Shown: positions 40,158-48,655 of the stretch, one piece after another
Numbering within the stretch: position 1 is the first letter of the stretch
Layout: the number at the start of each line of letters is the position of its first letter
Virus record (IMG/VR): IMGVR_UViG_3300033144_003548
Source of the DNA: a virus
Length of the DNA stretch: 64,000 nt
Strand: one strand, 5' to 3'
Position numbers and translations under genes: made by a program
Notes under the pieces: model-generated
The model's database searches: none
Seen by the model: the letters and a program-made list of their open reading frames with translations, nothing else
What the model was told of the DNA's origin: nothing

Positions 40158-40376
40158 CTACTTACCATTTTGATTATTTTCTCCAGTTTGGCTCTTTCTG
40201 AAATAGAACTGCCACATATCACTGAATGCCTTCATTAATACACCACCCACAGTTCCAACACCTAACGCTTCTAGTGCGGTTAAAGCACCAAGAACTACAG
40301 CAGCATATACTGCTCCAGCATAAAACAGCAATATGATAGGAATTATAGCCACAGCTAACCAATTTCTAAATTCCAT
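40158..40376 (-). CDS. Holin-like membrane protein
   Basis: Two hydrophobic helices, FYF plus basic tail. Confidence 0.5.
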   Translation of the reverse strand: MEFRNWLAVAIIPIILLFYAGAVYAAVVLGALTALEALGVGTVGGVLMKAFSDMWQFYFRKSQTGENNQNGK

Positions 40377-40427
40377 CTTTTTTATCTCAAACTCGCTTAA
40401 CCTTCTTTTGGTGTGGATTCTTACATC

Positions 40428-40706
40428 TCATCTTGAGCTTGCCCCATTTAGTACCCACGATATAGGTTTACCAGCATACTTATTTATCTTGCTAGTGTAG
40501 CATACAAACCTACTTGGGCACTTATCACAACTGATGAAATGTGTCGCTCTCATATATTTGCAATTTTCTAGCATTGCAAATTCTTCGCCAGTAATCCTTA
40601 CCTCATCACCATCGCAAACTTCTGATAAGACGCAGGTTTCACACCTCATATTAGAAACCGCTTTGCAGTCTACAACGGGTTCATTGTCAACATATATCTT
40701 TACCAT
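40428..40706 (-). CDS. Cys-rich protein with two CxxCx5C motifs
   Basis: Likely start MVKIYV at 40706, just after the tmRNA 3' end. Confidence 0.6.
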   Translation of the reverse strand: MVKIYVDNEPVVDCKAVSNMRCETCVLSEVCDGDEVRITGEEFAMLENCKYMRATHFISCDKCPSRFVCYTSKINKYAGKPISWVLNGASSR

Positions 40707-40710
40707 TTTG

Positions 40711-41040
40711 TGGAGGTGGGGGAGAGTCGAACTCCCCGTCCAGACCGATCTAATATACACTTTCTACAAGTTTATTTACTTTGCATCTTAGCAACACTAC
40801 TAAGTAACAACTCGTGTTGAGCATCCAGCATTTTTAAGCTGAGACTGGAATTAGCTCTTTTTCCGCCACTGAACGGTCTTCCAAGAGAGTCGTAGCGGGA
40901 GTCTCATCTAGGAAGAGTAATCCTTCTTGCAGGACTACGAATAAATTAGGTTTGCCAGTTATTGGCTTTTGCTATTTATAGTCTTTGCCGACTACTTGCT
41001 TATGTATATCAACATCACCCTGTCGAAGCCACGCACCCCC
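40711..41040 (-). ncRNA. ssrA: Phage-encoded tmRNA
   Basis: 5' GGGGGTG pairs with 3' CACCTCC-A (G3-U70); TTCGAC D-loop analogue; T-arm GGGAG-TTCGACT-CTCCC; helix 2; pk1; TAACT-GGC resume context; CCA not encoded. Confidence 0.93.
40834..40956 (-). CDS. tmRNA tag reading frame (A)GKPNLFVVLQEGLLFLDETPATTLLEDRSVAEKELIPVSA
   Basis: Resume codon GGC 5 nt after the conserved UA; 40 codons to TAA. Confidence 0.75.
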   Translation of the reverse strand, partial: GKPNLFVVLQEGLLFLDETPATTLLEDRSVAEKELIPVSA

Positions 41041-41042
41041 GA

Positions 41043-41829
41043 TTATAAAGAACCAACTTCTTTGGCTGCTTTTATTATCTTATCTGCATCTCGAAGGCTC
41101 TTAACATATTCAAGATAGTGTGATTCGGGAAATGTATTCCAAAGCTCGAATTTCTTTTTAGCTAACCACTCCCTGACTATTTCTATTGCATATGTTGGTT
41201 TCCCTTGATCATCAACTACGTGTTCTGGTTTAACAAAAAAATACCACCTTAAAAACTTAAACATAATTACTCCGCTTTAATTACATTACCTTCTGCGTCA
41301 GCAATATAATTATTCTCTGTAAGTTCCAAACCAAAGTAATCATCATAGATAGGATGATCAATATCTGGAAAGAACTTCATATTATTTGTCGGTATCCCGA
41401 TTGGGTTTTCTAGGAACTCTAATCCCCTAGATACCATCATAGCATTTACTGCTTCTTGAACGTCTTCTAATTCACTCATTATTTTCCCTGCGGTCCGAAA
41501 ATTTTTCTAGCTTATTACACTCTGCGAGACTTTTCCAGAGGTTACGTTCTTAGGCAATTCGTCAGAAATTTAATTAACCCAGGTAAGTCCTCCTCCCGCA
41601 TAATAAACTCTTCTGTAACTGCATCTTCATCACGTAACAGCTTCCAAACCTGTTTTAACCTCCATTTGAGAGGTGCTCCACCACTGGAATTTAGATTGAA
41701 CGTCAGCATTATCAATCTGCCTGTCTTTTCATCACTCTCAGCACACACGTCTAGAGAGTGAAAAGCATCTTTGCAGTCACACGCTAATCTTATCATTTTG
41801 AAGTCAGAGTCATCGAATAGTTTATCCAT
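41043..41829 (-). CDS. Three hypothetical proteins (41043-41264, 41267-41479, 41542-41829)
   Basis: ORF track; RBS before each; third starts MDKLFD. Confidence 0.6.
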
Positions 41830-41844
41830 TAAAATACTCCCTAT

Positions 41845-41881
41845 TATATATATTACCATTTTATGCCCAAGTCTTCCCAAA
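41845..41881 (-). promoter_or_regulatory. Candidate phage-specific promoter, copy 2
   Basis: Same 10+9+18 bipartite motif as 23504-23540. Confidence 0.6.
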
Positions 41882-41896
41882 AATGGGGGATTTGTG

Positions 41897-42446
41897 CTAT
41901 ATCTGGAGATTTTCGGCGTGAAGTTGTTCCCAAGTATGTATCAAGTTCATATCACTCTCAGATAGGTATTTTTGGGCTTCTTGTTGCATCAGGCGGAATC
42001 TACGAGTTAACCATATAGAAGGAAGAGCAAGTAGATTATCTCCGTATTCTAGCAGGTTTTCCTCTTTCCAAGTCCTAACCAAAGCACACACGCTGTCAGC
42101 ACGTATAGCTAATCTGCACGTAATCCATTGACCTACGTTAAGGTGATAAACAGACGTATATATCCAGAGTTCTCCGTCAAAAGGACACCCCTGTAACCAC
42201 GCCTGGGCATTGGTGACTTCACTTAACGTTTCGTCACTTAGCACAAGACGATAAAAATTATCTGGATCTAAGCACGCTAGGATCGTTCTCATCAAACTCC
42301 AAAGCAATATAATTACATTCCGATTGACCATATTCAAGGTCATCACGTTGAGATAGAGCTATTGACTTAGCTTCTGCTGGATTATCAGCATCAACATTAA
42401 TCTCAGCCTTCCCACTCACCTTATATATATGAATATGAAATCTCAT
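41897..42446 (-). CDS. Two hypothetical proteins (41897-~42292; 42258-42446)
   Basis: ORF track. Confidence 0.5.
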
Positions 42447-42604
42447 CTTGCCTCCCTGCAAAGAGAAAACTCTTTTTTCTTTACTTTCAGGGTTCTATCC
42501 TTAGTAGTATAACATCTGAATCTCAGCACGCACACATCACACTGTTCATTACAAGGAACGGCGCAATTCCCGCCGTGTAGCTTTAAATATAACCCTCTTC
42601 TCAT
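42443..42604 (-). CDS. 53-aa Cys-rich protein (CxxCxxRFxCYT)
   Basis: Own translation MRRGLYLKLHGGNCAVPCNEQCDVCVLRFRCYTTK...; near-leaderless after promoter. Confidence 0.65.
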   Translation of the reverse strand: MRRGLYLKLHGGNCAVPCNEQCDVCVLRFRCYTTKDRTLKVKKKEFSLCREAR

Positions 42605-42613
42605 TCTGTTATT

Positions 42614-42642
42614 ATTATAACATATTGAGGGTTAATTGTCAA
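42614..42642 (-). promoter_or_regulatory. Sigma-A promoter driving left arm
   Basis: TTGACAATTAACCCTCAATATGTTATAAT. Confidence 0.85.
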
Positions 42643-42927
42643 GCCCTGTTGTAACGAAGGTGCAAGATGTATTGCTACGTGCTACCTTTTGCACGCAGGC
42701 TGAAAACTTTGAAAAATTGTCTAGACCAGTACGGGGATCACAACGTGGCGGATTATGTAAAGTAGGGGCGTTTTTTATGTAAACTAGGCGGGGGTTAAAA
42801 CTGGCGTGCTCTGAGACACTCTATAATCAAAATCCTGCCCGTTTTATCAATATGGGTATATTATACCAGTGAGAATTTACCACGCCCAAAAATCGCTTAA
42901 AATCGCTTAAAATCATACTCTAGGGTA

Positions 42928-42957
42928 TTGACAAGTAAAATAATTCTATGGTAAAAT
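42928..42957 (+). promoter_or_regulatory. Sigma-A promoter of the GGC/GCC-free gene
   Basis: TTGACA-18-TAAAAT with extended -10 TG; additional TATAAT at 42962. Confidence 0.7.
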
Positions 42958-43164
42958 TAGGTATAATTAAATAAGGTGGTATTGAGAATGAATGAATAAA
43001 CAAAGCTAGGTGTAAAGCTAAGAGTAAGCACCACAAAGCTATCAGTGGAGACACTGAATCCAGTTTGCTATACTGGTAATAAGTGGAGTAACAGAGATAA
43101 ACTCCAGTGTAACAGTAACAAAACTGTAAAACAATCTCAAAACTAAAATTGAGGTGATTATACA

Positions 43165-43872
43165 ATGTCTAACGAAATGGACAAGTCAACAAGCGGTAAC
43201 ACGGTAATTATATCTTCAACCGTTCTCGGTCAAAAAAGAGCTGAATATCAGCGACTTAAAGACAAGGGAATTGCTGAGGATAGAATAACCGAGAGAATGA
43301 CCGAGGATGCTCTCCAGTTCGGTATCACTCTTGAGAATTACCAGACACAGCTAAACAATCTCAAGAGCAAGTCAAGCGGTGGTGAGCAAATCGAGGAAAA
43401 GAGGAAAGAGCATACCGCTAAACTACAAAGCGAATTCCTTGACTACCTCGGTTATGCAAATGGGGTTACTCAAGTTGACTGGAAAAAAGTTCAGTTCAGC
43501 AAGGATAACTTCAAAAAGCTGGTAAAATTCCTTGCTGGTATGGGTGAAGCAACCGACAAGCTGATAACCTCACTTCAGAATACTGAATTTACACAGAAGA
43601 GGGGTAAACAAGCGTGGATGGTTATGCTTCACGCACCAGTCCATAATCACATCACGGATAAACCGACCAATACAAAGTTACTTGCTCCGTTTTGTGGTGG
43701 GTGGACTGATAAGGGTAGGTCGTATGACCAGTACGGTATCCGTATGGAAGCGTCTGGAGCAGCGACTTTTTACCGACCAGTTAGCTATGAGACTCCAGTA
43801 AAGACCACTGGACTTGAAGCACCAGCAAGCGATAATCCAGAGACTCCAGAGAATACCGACAATAAGAGCTAA
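43165..43872 (+). CDS. Hypothetical (candidate pre-early) protein, paralog of 47215
   Basis: GAGGTG RBS; own promoter; N-terminal similarity to 47215. Confidence 0.85.
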   Translation: MSNEMDKSTSGNTVIISSTVLGQKRAEYQRLKDKGIAEDRITERMTEDALQFGITLENYQTQLNNLKSKSSGGEQIEEKRKEHTAKLQSEFLDYLGYANGVTQVDWKKVQFSKDNFKKLVKFLAGMGEATDKLITSLQNTEFTQKRGKQAWMVMLHAPVHNHITDKPTNTKLLAPFCGGWTDKGRSYDQYGIRMEASGAATFYRPVSYETPVKTTGLEAPASDNPETPENTDNKS

Positions 43873-43942
43873 TCAGTCAAGGGTAAGGGTAGGGTAGTAA
43901 TACCCTACCCTACCCACTAAAAAAAACAAAGTGAGGTCAATT

Positions 43943-44086
43943 ATGTGTGAGCATTGTAATTTAGTCAATTGTCCAGTACTCAACAAAGCTGAATGTCCTA
44001 TCAATATCTTGTGGGCTGAGGCAGACAGGATAAGGGCAGAGACTGAGGCGGCAATCAAAGAGGCTGAGGCAATTATCGGCGACTGA
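43943..44086 (+). CDS. 47-aa Cys-rich protein
   Basis: Own translation MCEHCNLVNCPVLNKAECP...; GAGG RBS. Confidence 0.6.
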   Translation: MCEHCNLVNCPVLNKAECPINILWAEADRIRAETEAAIKEAEAIIGD

Positions 44087-44094
44087 GTAATTAT

Positions 44095-44128
44095 TGGGGC
44101 GGCTGAATAAGTCGCCCCACTTTTTTTA
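44095..44128 (+). terminator. Rho-independent terminator
   Basis: TGGGGCGGCT-GAATA-AGTCGCCCCA followed by T7. Confidence 0.85.
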
Positions 44129-44277
44129 TGCCCAAAAAGCAACATTATGTCAACTTTACATATAATTTATAGTGCGATCCAAGTTAGCTTCAAATTGAGC
44201 CTAAAAAGCTACTTTATGTAAAGTAGAGCCTAAAATTCACGCTCAAAGTGGGTCGCACTATCTACTATATGTCAAGT
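44128..44277. repeat. Cluster of four dif-like (XerC/XerD) 28-bp sites
   Basis: 11-6-11 sites with WTATGTMAAST arms; GGATCGCACTA/GGGTCGCACTA arms in inverted orientation. Confidence 0.6.
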
Positions 44278-44288
44278 AAAGCATCAGT

Positions 44289-44431
44289 GGCAAATGAGCC
44301 AGCGTGCCTGAACGCCAATTCTGGCAGATTCGCCAATAGCCTGAACGGCAAATAAGCCTGTATGCCTGAACAATGTGCCTAGAGCCTTGCCTGAACTGCC
44401 GTTGATGGCGAATAAGCCAAAAAGCCTGAAC
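44289..44431. repeat. Interleaved GCCTGAAC (x5) and GGC-N6-GCC (x4) repeats
   Basis: GCCTGAAC at 44306, 44339, 44364, 44389, 44424; palindromes at 44289, 44323, 44347, 44407. Confidence 0.85.
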
Positions 44432-44592
44432 AGCACGCCACAGAGCAGGAGCAAGGTAAGTTGGTGGCAGGATTTCAAATCGAGGTTACTCTCAGGCAGA
44501 TTTACCAGATGGGGGTAACAGAGCCAAAGCCAAAAGGCACGCCAAAGCTGCTGGCAGAACAACCAGCAACTCTGAACGTGCCTCGTTAGAGA

Positions 44593-45196
44593 CTAATTCA
44601 GGTTAAGCCATCCACGCTCTTCAGCAGGGATGGGGTCGCCAAAGTGGTCGTAGTCAGAACACCTCTGACAAATGCCGAACTCTAGGGTATCACCCCTAGC
44701 TGCCCTCAAAGTGTCAATCGTTCCATCTTTTCTCTGAGACAGCTTATGTCCAGCAGCACAAGCCACTTTGTCTCCCTGACATCTTGCGTTACCGCACTGC
44801 CAGAGACTCCTCATTAGTCACCTCCTTCGGCTTGATAGTGTCTTGGAAACTCAGCAGCCAGGTGCGATGCTTCCAGTTACGAGGATTGTCGGGGTCAGCG
44901 TGAGGAGTCTTGAGACAATATCCCTGCCGAGTAATCAGCAGAGTGCAACCACAAGACAATCCTTCAACTGAGTGCATCCTATCAGGCTGAAAGTTCCGAG
45001 TCAGCACCACTACTTCACCGTGAGTCGGACAAGTTCGGGTCAAGGCGTGGAATTTTACCACTTTCGCAGTAAACTCCATCGCAGGCGGAGCACTCTGCGA
45101 CTTTTTCTTGAAAGTCCACAGCCCGTTGTCGTCAAGCTCAAGGTCTGGATGTGGTGCTTCTGGATTAAGAGGAATAGTCTTGACTTCGCCGTGCAT
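44593..45196 (-). CDS. Two Cys-containing hypothetical proteins (44593-44814; 44789-45196)
   Basis: AAGGAG RBSs; downstream of promoter 45227-45255. Confidence 0.65.
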
Positions 45197-45226
45197 CTCG
45201 CTCACTCCTTTCTCTAGACTACCTCT

Positions 45227-45255
45227 ATTATACCATCGCCTTGTGTAAATGTCAA
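45227..45255 (-). promoter_or_regulatory. Early sigma-A promoter, GGC class
   Basis: TTGACATTTACACAAGGCGATGGTATAAT. Confidence 0.88.
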
Positions 45256-45468
45256 GTGTTTTGAGATGCCACGCAAAAATTTTTTCGCAGGCAAATCTGC
45301 CGATCAAGCCAAGCCGAACAGAACTCAGGCAAGTGTGCCAGGGCATAGAACGGGAGCGGTAGGCAACTCGCCCAACGCTCCCTTTGTTTAGTAATTAAAA
45401 ATGCCAATATAGTAACAGTCTTTATTTAATCGGCGGTCTAATCCTCCTTTCCTAGATTTGGCTCGCAG

Positions 45469-45983
45469 TTACTTGACTTTAACTACGATGCCATCCCTCA
45501 CCTCAACCTGAGCATACCACCTGTGAGGCTCAGGGTAATGAGGACCCTCAACGAACTCAGTGCCGTTTTGCTTGGGAGAACCAAGTCCTGGGGAATAGAG
45601 TCTGACCTCTTTCCCACTGGCGACTGCTTCCTTGAGTGCTTTTTTGGTCTTGAAGTTAGTATCAGTATACATTAGCCACCTCCTTCTTAGTGTGTTGGGT
45701 CTGAGCCATCTTCGGGGATACCGTTTACCAGCATAAAGTCCCAATGCTCTTTGAAGACTTTGCTGCCAGCGTTGTGCTTCCGATTGCACTTTTTGCAGAA
45801 GTAAGACTTGATGGTAGCTTTCTTAGCCATCTCCTCAGCAACAGCTTTGTCAACTGCTGCCTGACGCTCTAGGAGCATCTGACGAGTTGGGTGTGCCGCA
45901 TACCAATCTTCCTTCTTCCACAATCGACCATCTCGGAAGATGATGCCCGACTCTGCTCTAGCTCTATCCTTTGCTCGGCTCAT
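45469..45983 (-). CDS. Two hypothetical proteins (45469-45672; 45687-45983)
   Basis: RBS GGAGG; downstream of promoter 46020-46048. Confidence 0.7.
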
Positions 45984-46019
45984 CGGTTTTGCTAACCCCC
46001 TTTCCTCTAGGATACTTCT

Positions 46020-46048
46020 ATTATAGCAACGCCTTTGTTAAAAGTCAA
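46020..46048 (-). promoter_or_regulatory. Early sigma-A promoter, GGC class
   Basis: TTGACTTTTAACAAAGGCGTTGCTATAAT. Confidence 0.8.
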
Positions 46049-46294
46049 GGGGGAAAATGTACGCCAGAAGTTCACGCTCAAAATAAGGGCAAAACTGCCC
46101 TCAAATTGCCGATTAGGCGTCTCAGAACAGGTGGCTATACATTACGCCTAATGGCAAGCCAAACTGCCTCTTCGGCAAATCTGCCAAAAGGCTGAACAGG
46201 CTGCCATAAAGACAGCCTGTTAGCTCGGCGGGTGCGTGGCTAAGAAGTCCGAATCTGCCCTCTTACCATATTTCAGGTTATCAGTTCCGAGCCA

Positions 46295-46712
46295 CTACCA
46301 CTTAATCCACTTATCTTCTGGCTGAGCGTAGATAAGTGCCCTCATCGCTGGTTTATAGCCAGCTTTGAGTCCAGCCTCTCTCAGAACTTCGAGAGCCTCC
46401 GCTTTACCTTCGGCTTTGCGGAGATTGGCTTGTGCTTCTTTGAGATACTGGATGGTTTCCTCTTTATCCATTCTCTCCATTAGATGCCTCCTTCACTTTG
46501 AATAGGGTTACCTTGTTCTGCCCAGTTCTACGAAGGATGTAGTCTTTCTTGTTGCCTTCAAGTTCACATACCACCTCAACAGGGGTAAACGAACCATCCC
46601 GCTTGCCAAGTCCTTCAATAACCATACTATCACCTCCATTATCTAGTATAGCATCGCCTGCGTTTAATGTCAAGTAGGTCTTAGAGGCAAAAGGGATGTC
46701 GGTGCGTGGCAA
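46295..46712 (-). CDS. Two small hypothetical proteins (46295-46480; 46464-~46625)
   Basis: ORF track; hairpin AACAGGCTG/CAGCCTGTT downstream at ~46195-46221. Confidence 0.6.
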
Positions 46713-47129
46713 ATCAGCCTAAATACTCTGCTCTCCCACTGGTTCTGCTGTGGCAGAACTGCCGTCCATTCTGTGCGTGGCATTTAATATCACTTCTTAC
46801 TCTTGGCAAAGGCAAATAAAGAGGTAACAGAACCTACGGCAAACTTGCACGTAACGTGGCAAGGCAAGATTTCCTACATAACACTGGCAACGTTACACAC
46901 AGAGTAACGACACGGCGAAAACTTTGAAAATTTCTCGAACACAAGAGAATTGCCATTCAGATCGTTACGTCTCATGGCTTAATTCTGAGATTGTATCTAA
47001 TGTGGCAGTATTCTACAACACTCTAAGCATTTTATGGGAAAGGGATATTCTATGGCAGATATAGGAGTAACAGTGTTATGTTGTGTATGGCAAGGGTGAA
47101 GAATTTACTCCTTCGCCACGCACAAAAGC

Positions 47130-47158
47130 TTGACATTTCCAGTTGGCGATGATATAAT
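47130..47158 (+). promoter_or_regulatory. Early sigma-A promoter, GGC class
   Basis: TTGACATTTCCAGTTGGCGATGATATAAT. Confidence 0.9.
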
Positions 47159-47214
47159 TATAGTGTAAAGGTCGAGAAACCAAAGCACGAAATCTAAAGA
47201 AAGGAGAAGCCACA

Positions 47215-47751
47215 GTGGGTAAGACTCAAACAGTCGAAATCCAGCCAACGGTTCTCGGTAGGAAAAATGCCGAGTATGCTCGTCTGCGTGAGAAAGGCAT
47301 CGCAGAAGAGCGTGTTGTTGAGCGGATGGCAGAGGATGCAAAAGTCTTCGGCGTGACTCTTGAGGACTATCAGGGTCGTCTGGCTGAAGTTGGTCGAAAG
47401 ACTGGCGATGGTAAGCGGGCAGCTTTGAAAGCCCGAAAGGAAGCGGTGCAGGCGAAGCATCTGGAAGTCTGTTCGTTTCTGAATGAGGTTATCACCACAG
47501 GTCAGACTGACTTAGCCGCTTTCCAAACCTCTCTTAAAGAGTTGGCTGAGAAAGCTGATGGGTGGGTTCTGATGACCGCCTGTGAGAAGGATGGCTCGAC
47601 TGGGGAAGGCTTGTTTACCATCAATGACTCTGGATGGAATGACGGCAGCAACCGTTCAAACCAGTATTCAGACCGCCCTCAGATGGTGGGTAAGTCGGGC
47701 AAGCACGTTCCTCATCCATTCCTTATCAGGGGCATCGAGCAGGGGAGCTAG
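47215..47751 (+). CDS. Hypothetical early protein, paralog of 43165
   Basis: AAGGAG RBS, GTG start; TVLG.K.AEY.RL..KGIAE.R..ERM.EDA..FG.TLE.YQ shared. Confidence 0.85.
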   Translation: MGKTQTVEIQPTVLGRKNAEYARLREKGIAEERVVERMAEDAKVFGVTLEDYQGRLAEVGRKTGDGKRAALKARKEAVQAKHLEVCSFLNEVITTGQTDLAAFQTSLKELAEKADGWVLMTACEKDGSTGEGLFTINDSGWNDGSNRSNQYSDRPQMVGKSGKHVPHPFLIRGIEQGS

Positions 47752-47776
47752 TAAGCTCTACGGCACACAACCAGAG

Positions 47777-47807
47777 GAGAGGGGAGTCGAAAGGCTTCCC
47801 TCTCTTT
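47777..47807 (+). terminator. Rho-independent terminator
   Basis: GAGAGGGGAGTC-GAAA-GGCTTCCCTCTC followed by TTT. Confidence 0.75.
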
Positions 47808-47887
47808 GTGCCCTCTTTCTTCGGGCAAATCTACCAGTTGGGGGTAACAGGGTGCTGGACTTGCTCGCTGTGGCAAACGGGATTAGC

Positions 47888-47916
47888 TTGACATCCTCAG
47901 ATGGCGATGCTATACT
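47888..47916 (+). promoter_or_regulatory. Early sigma-A promoter, GGC class
   Basis: TTGACATCCTCAGATGGCGATGCTATACT. Confidence 0.88.
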
Positions 47917-47951
47917 GGGGATAGTGGGAAATACTGTGAAAGGAGAAAGCG

Positions 47952-48365
47952 ATGGCAAGGAAGAAAAGTCAAGAGCAGGCATATCATTGTGATATGTATT
48001 ACTTTGACAATGTATGCCCCCATCGTGGGAGTCAAGACCCTGCCGACATCCGCTATCGGTCAGGGTGGACTCTCCAGCCACGTTCTCTATGCAAAAACTT
48101 TGGGCTAGACGCAAATGATAGGTTGTGTCGGCATTGTGTAGAGAATAAGAAACTCTTCCCTCCAGCCCTAGTCAAAGTGAGATACTCAGCACCAGCGAGC
48201 CGAGTTATCAGTCGGACTCCATTTCAGGCTAAAAATTCCAAAGCGGAAACTATCAAAGCATATTCCAAGCCAAGACCACTAATTGAGTATCTCAAAAAAC
48301 ATCCTCGTTTATACGGAGTCAATGTCGAGACAGGCGAAATCATCAATGCGAAGGTTGCGGTATAG
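47952..48365 (+). CDS. Cys-rich hypothetical protein
   Basis: AAGGAG RBS after promoter. Confidence 0.7.
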   Translation: MARKKSQEQAYHCDMYYFDNVCPHRGSQDPADIRYRSGWTLQPRSLCKNFGLDANDRLCRHCVENKKLFPPALVKVRYSAPASRVISRTPFQAKNSKAETIKAYSKPRPLIEYLKKHPRLYGVNVETGEIINAKVAV

Positions 48366-48655
48366 TGGCTGAATTATACATTCTTCATTTCAAGAAGCCC
48401 TACTGGAAGAATTGTCAACACTATGTTGGCTACACAAAATTTACCGCAGAAGAGCGGTGTGCCGTTCATCGTGGGGTGATGAAGAATGGTAGCAAGCCTA
48501 GCAAACTTGTTCAGTATGCACTCAATCACGGCAATGACTTTGTTATTGCTCTTGTGGAGCAATTCAATGAGGATTGGGAAGCTCGTCAGGCAGAGCGGAA
48601 AATCAAAAGAAGTGGAGGTGGCAAGCGATTATGTCCAATATGTCAAAACAGATAA
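48365..48655 (+). CDS. GIY-YIG nuclease-like protein
   Basis: LYIL...HYVGYT...R...H...E..IK. Confidence 0.75.
   Translation: MAELYILHFKKPYWKNCQHYVGYTKFTAEERCAVHRGVMKNGSKPSKLVQYALNHGNDFVIALVEQFNEDWEARQAERKIKRSGGGKRLCPICQNR

Noticed and set aside
40711-40745. tRNA gene or att-site fragment
   Set aside because: The T-arm/acceptor pairs with a 5' end 330 nt away, so it is a full tmRNA; no duplicate 3' end or integrase seen
40707-40760. N-terminal extension of ORF 40428..40760
   Set aside because: Overlaps the tmRNA; ATG at 40706 is more plausible
315-42000. Plus-strand ORFs in the left arm (and minus-strand ORFs beyond 47.1 kb)
   Set aside because: Antisense shadows of real genes; no RBS or motifs
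43880-43916. Telomere-like TAGGG repeats / G-quadruplex
   Set aside because: Only three G-runs per strand; better explained as a GGGTAGGGTA-GTAA-TACCCTACCC hairpin after the gene
44289-44431. CRISPR array
   Set aside because: Repeats are only 8-12 bp with irregular spacing; no cas genes in window
45430-45452. Strong SD (AAAGGAGG, minus strand) suggesting a gene
   Set aside because: No canonical start codon or ORF follows
46229-46241. 12-nt match to tmRNA 5' end (GGGTGCGTGGCT)
   Set aside because: Short, in a GGC-rich region, no accompanying structure
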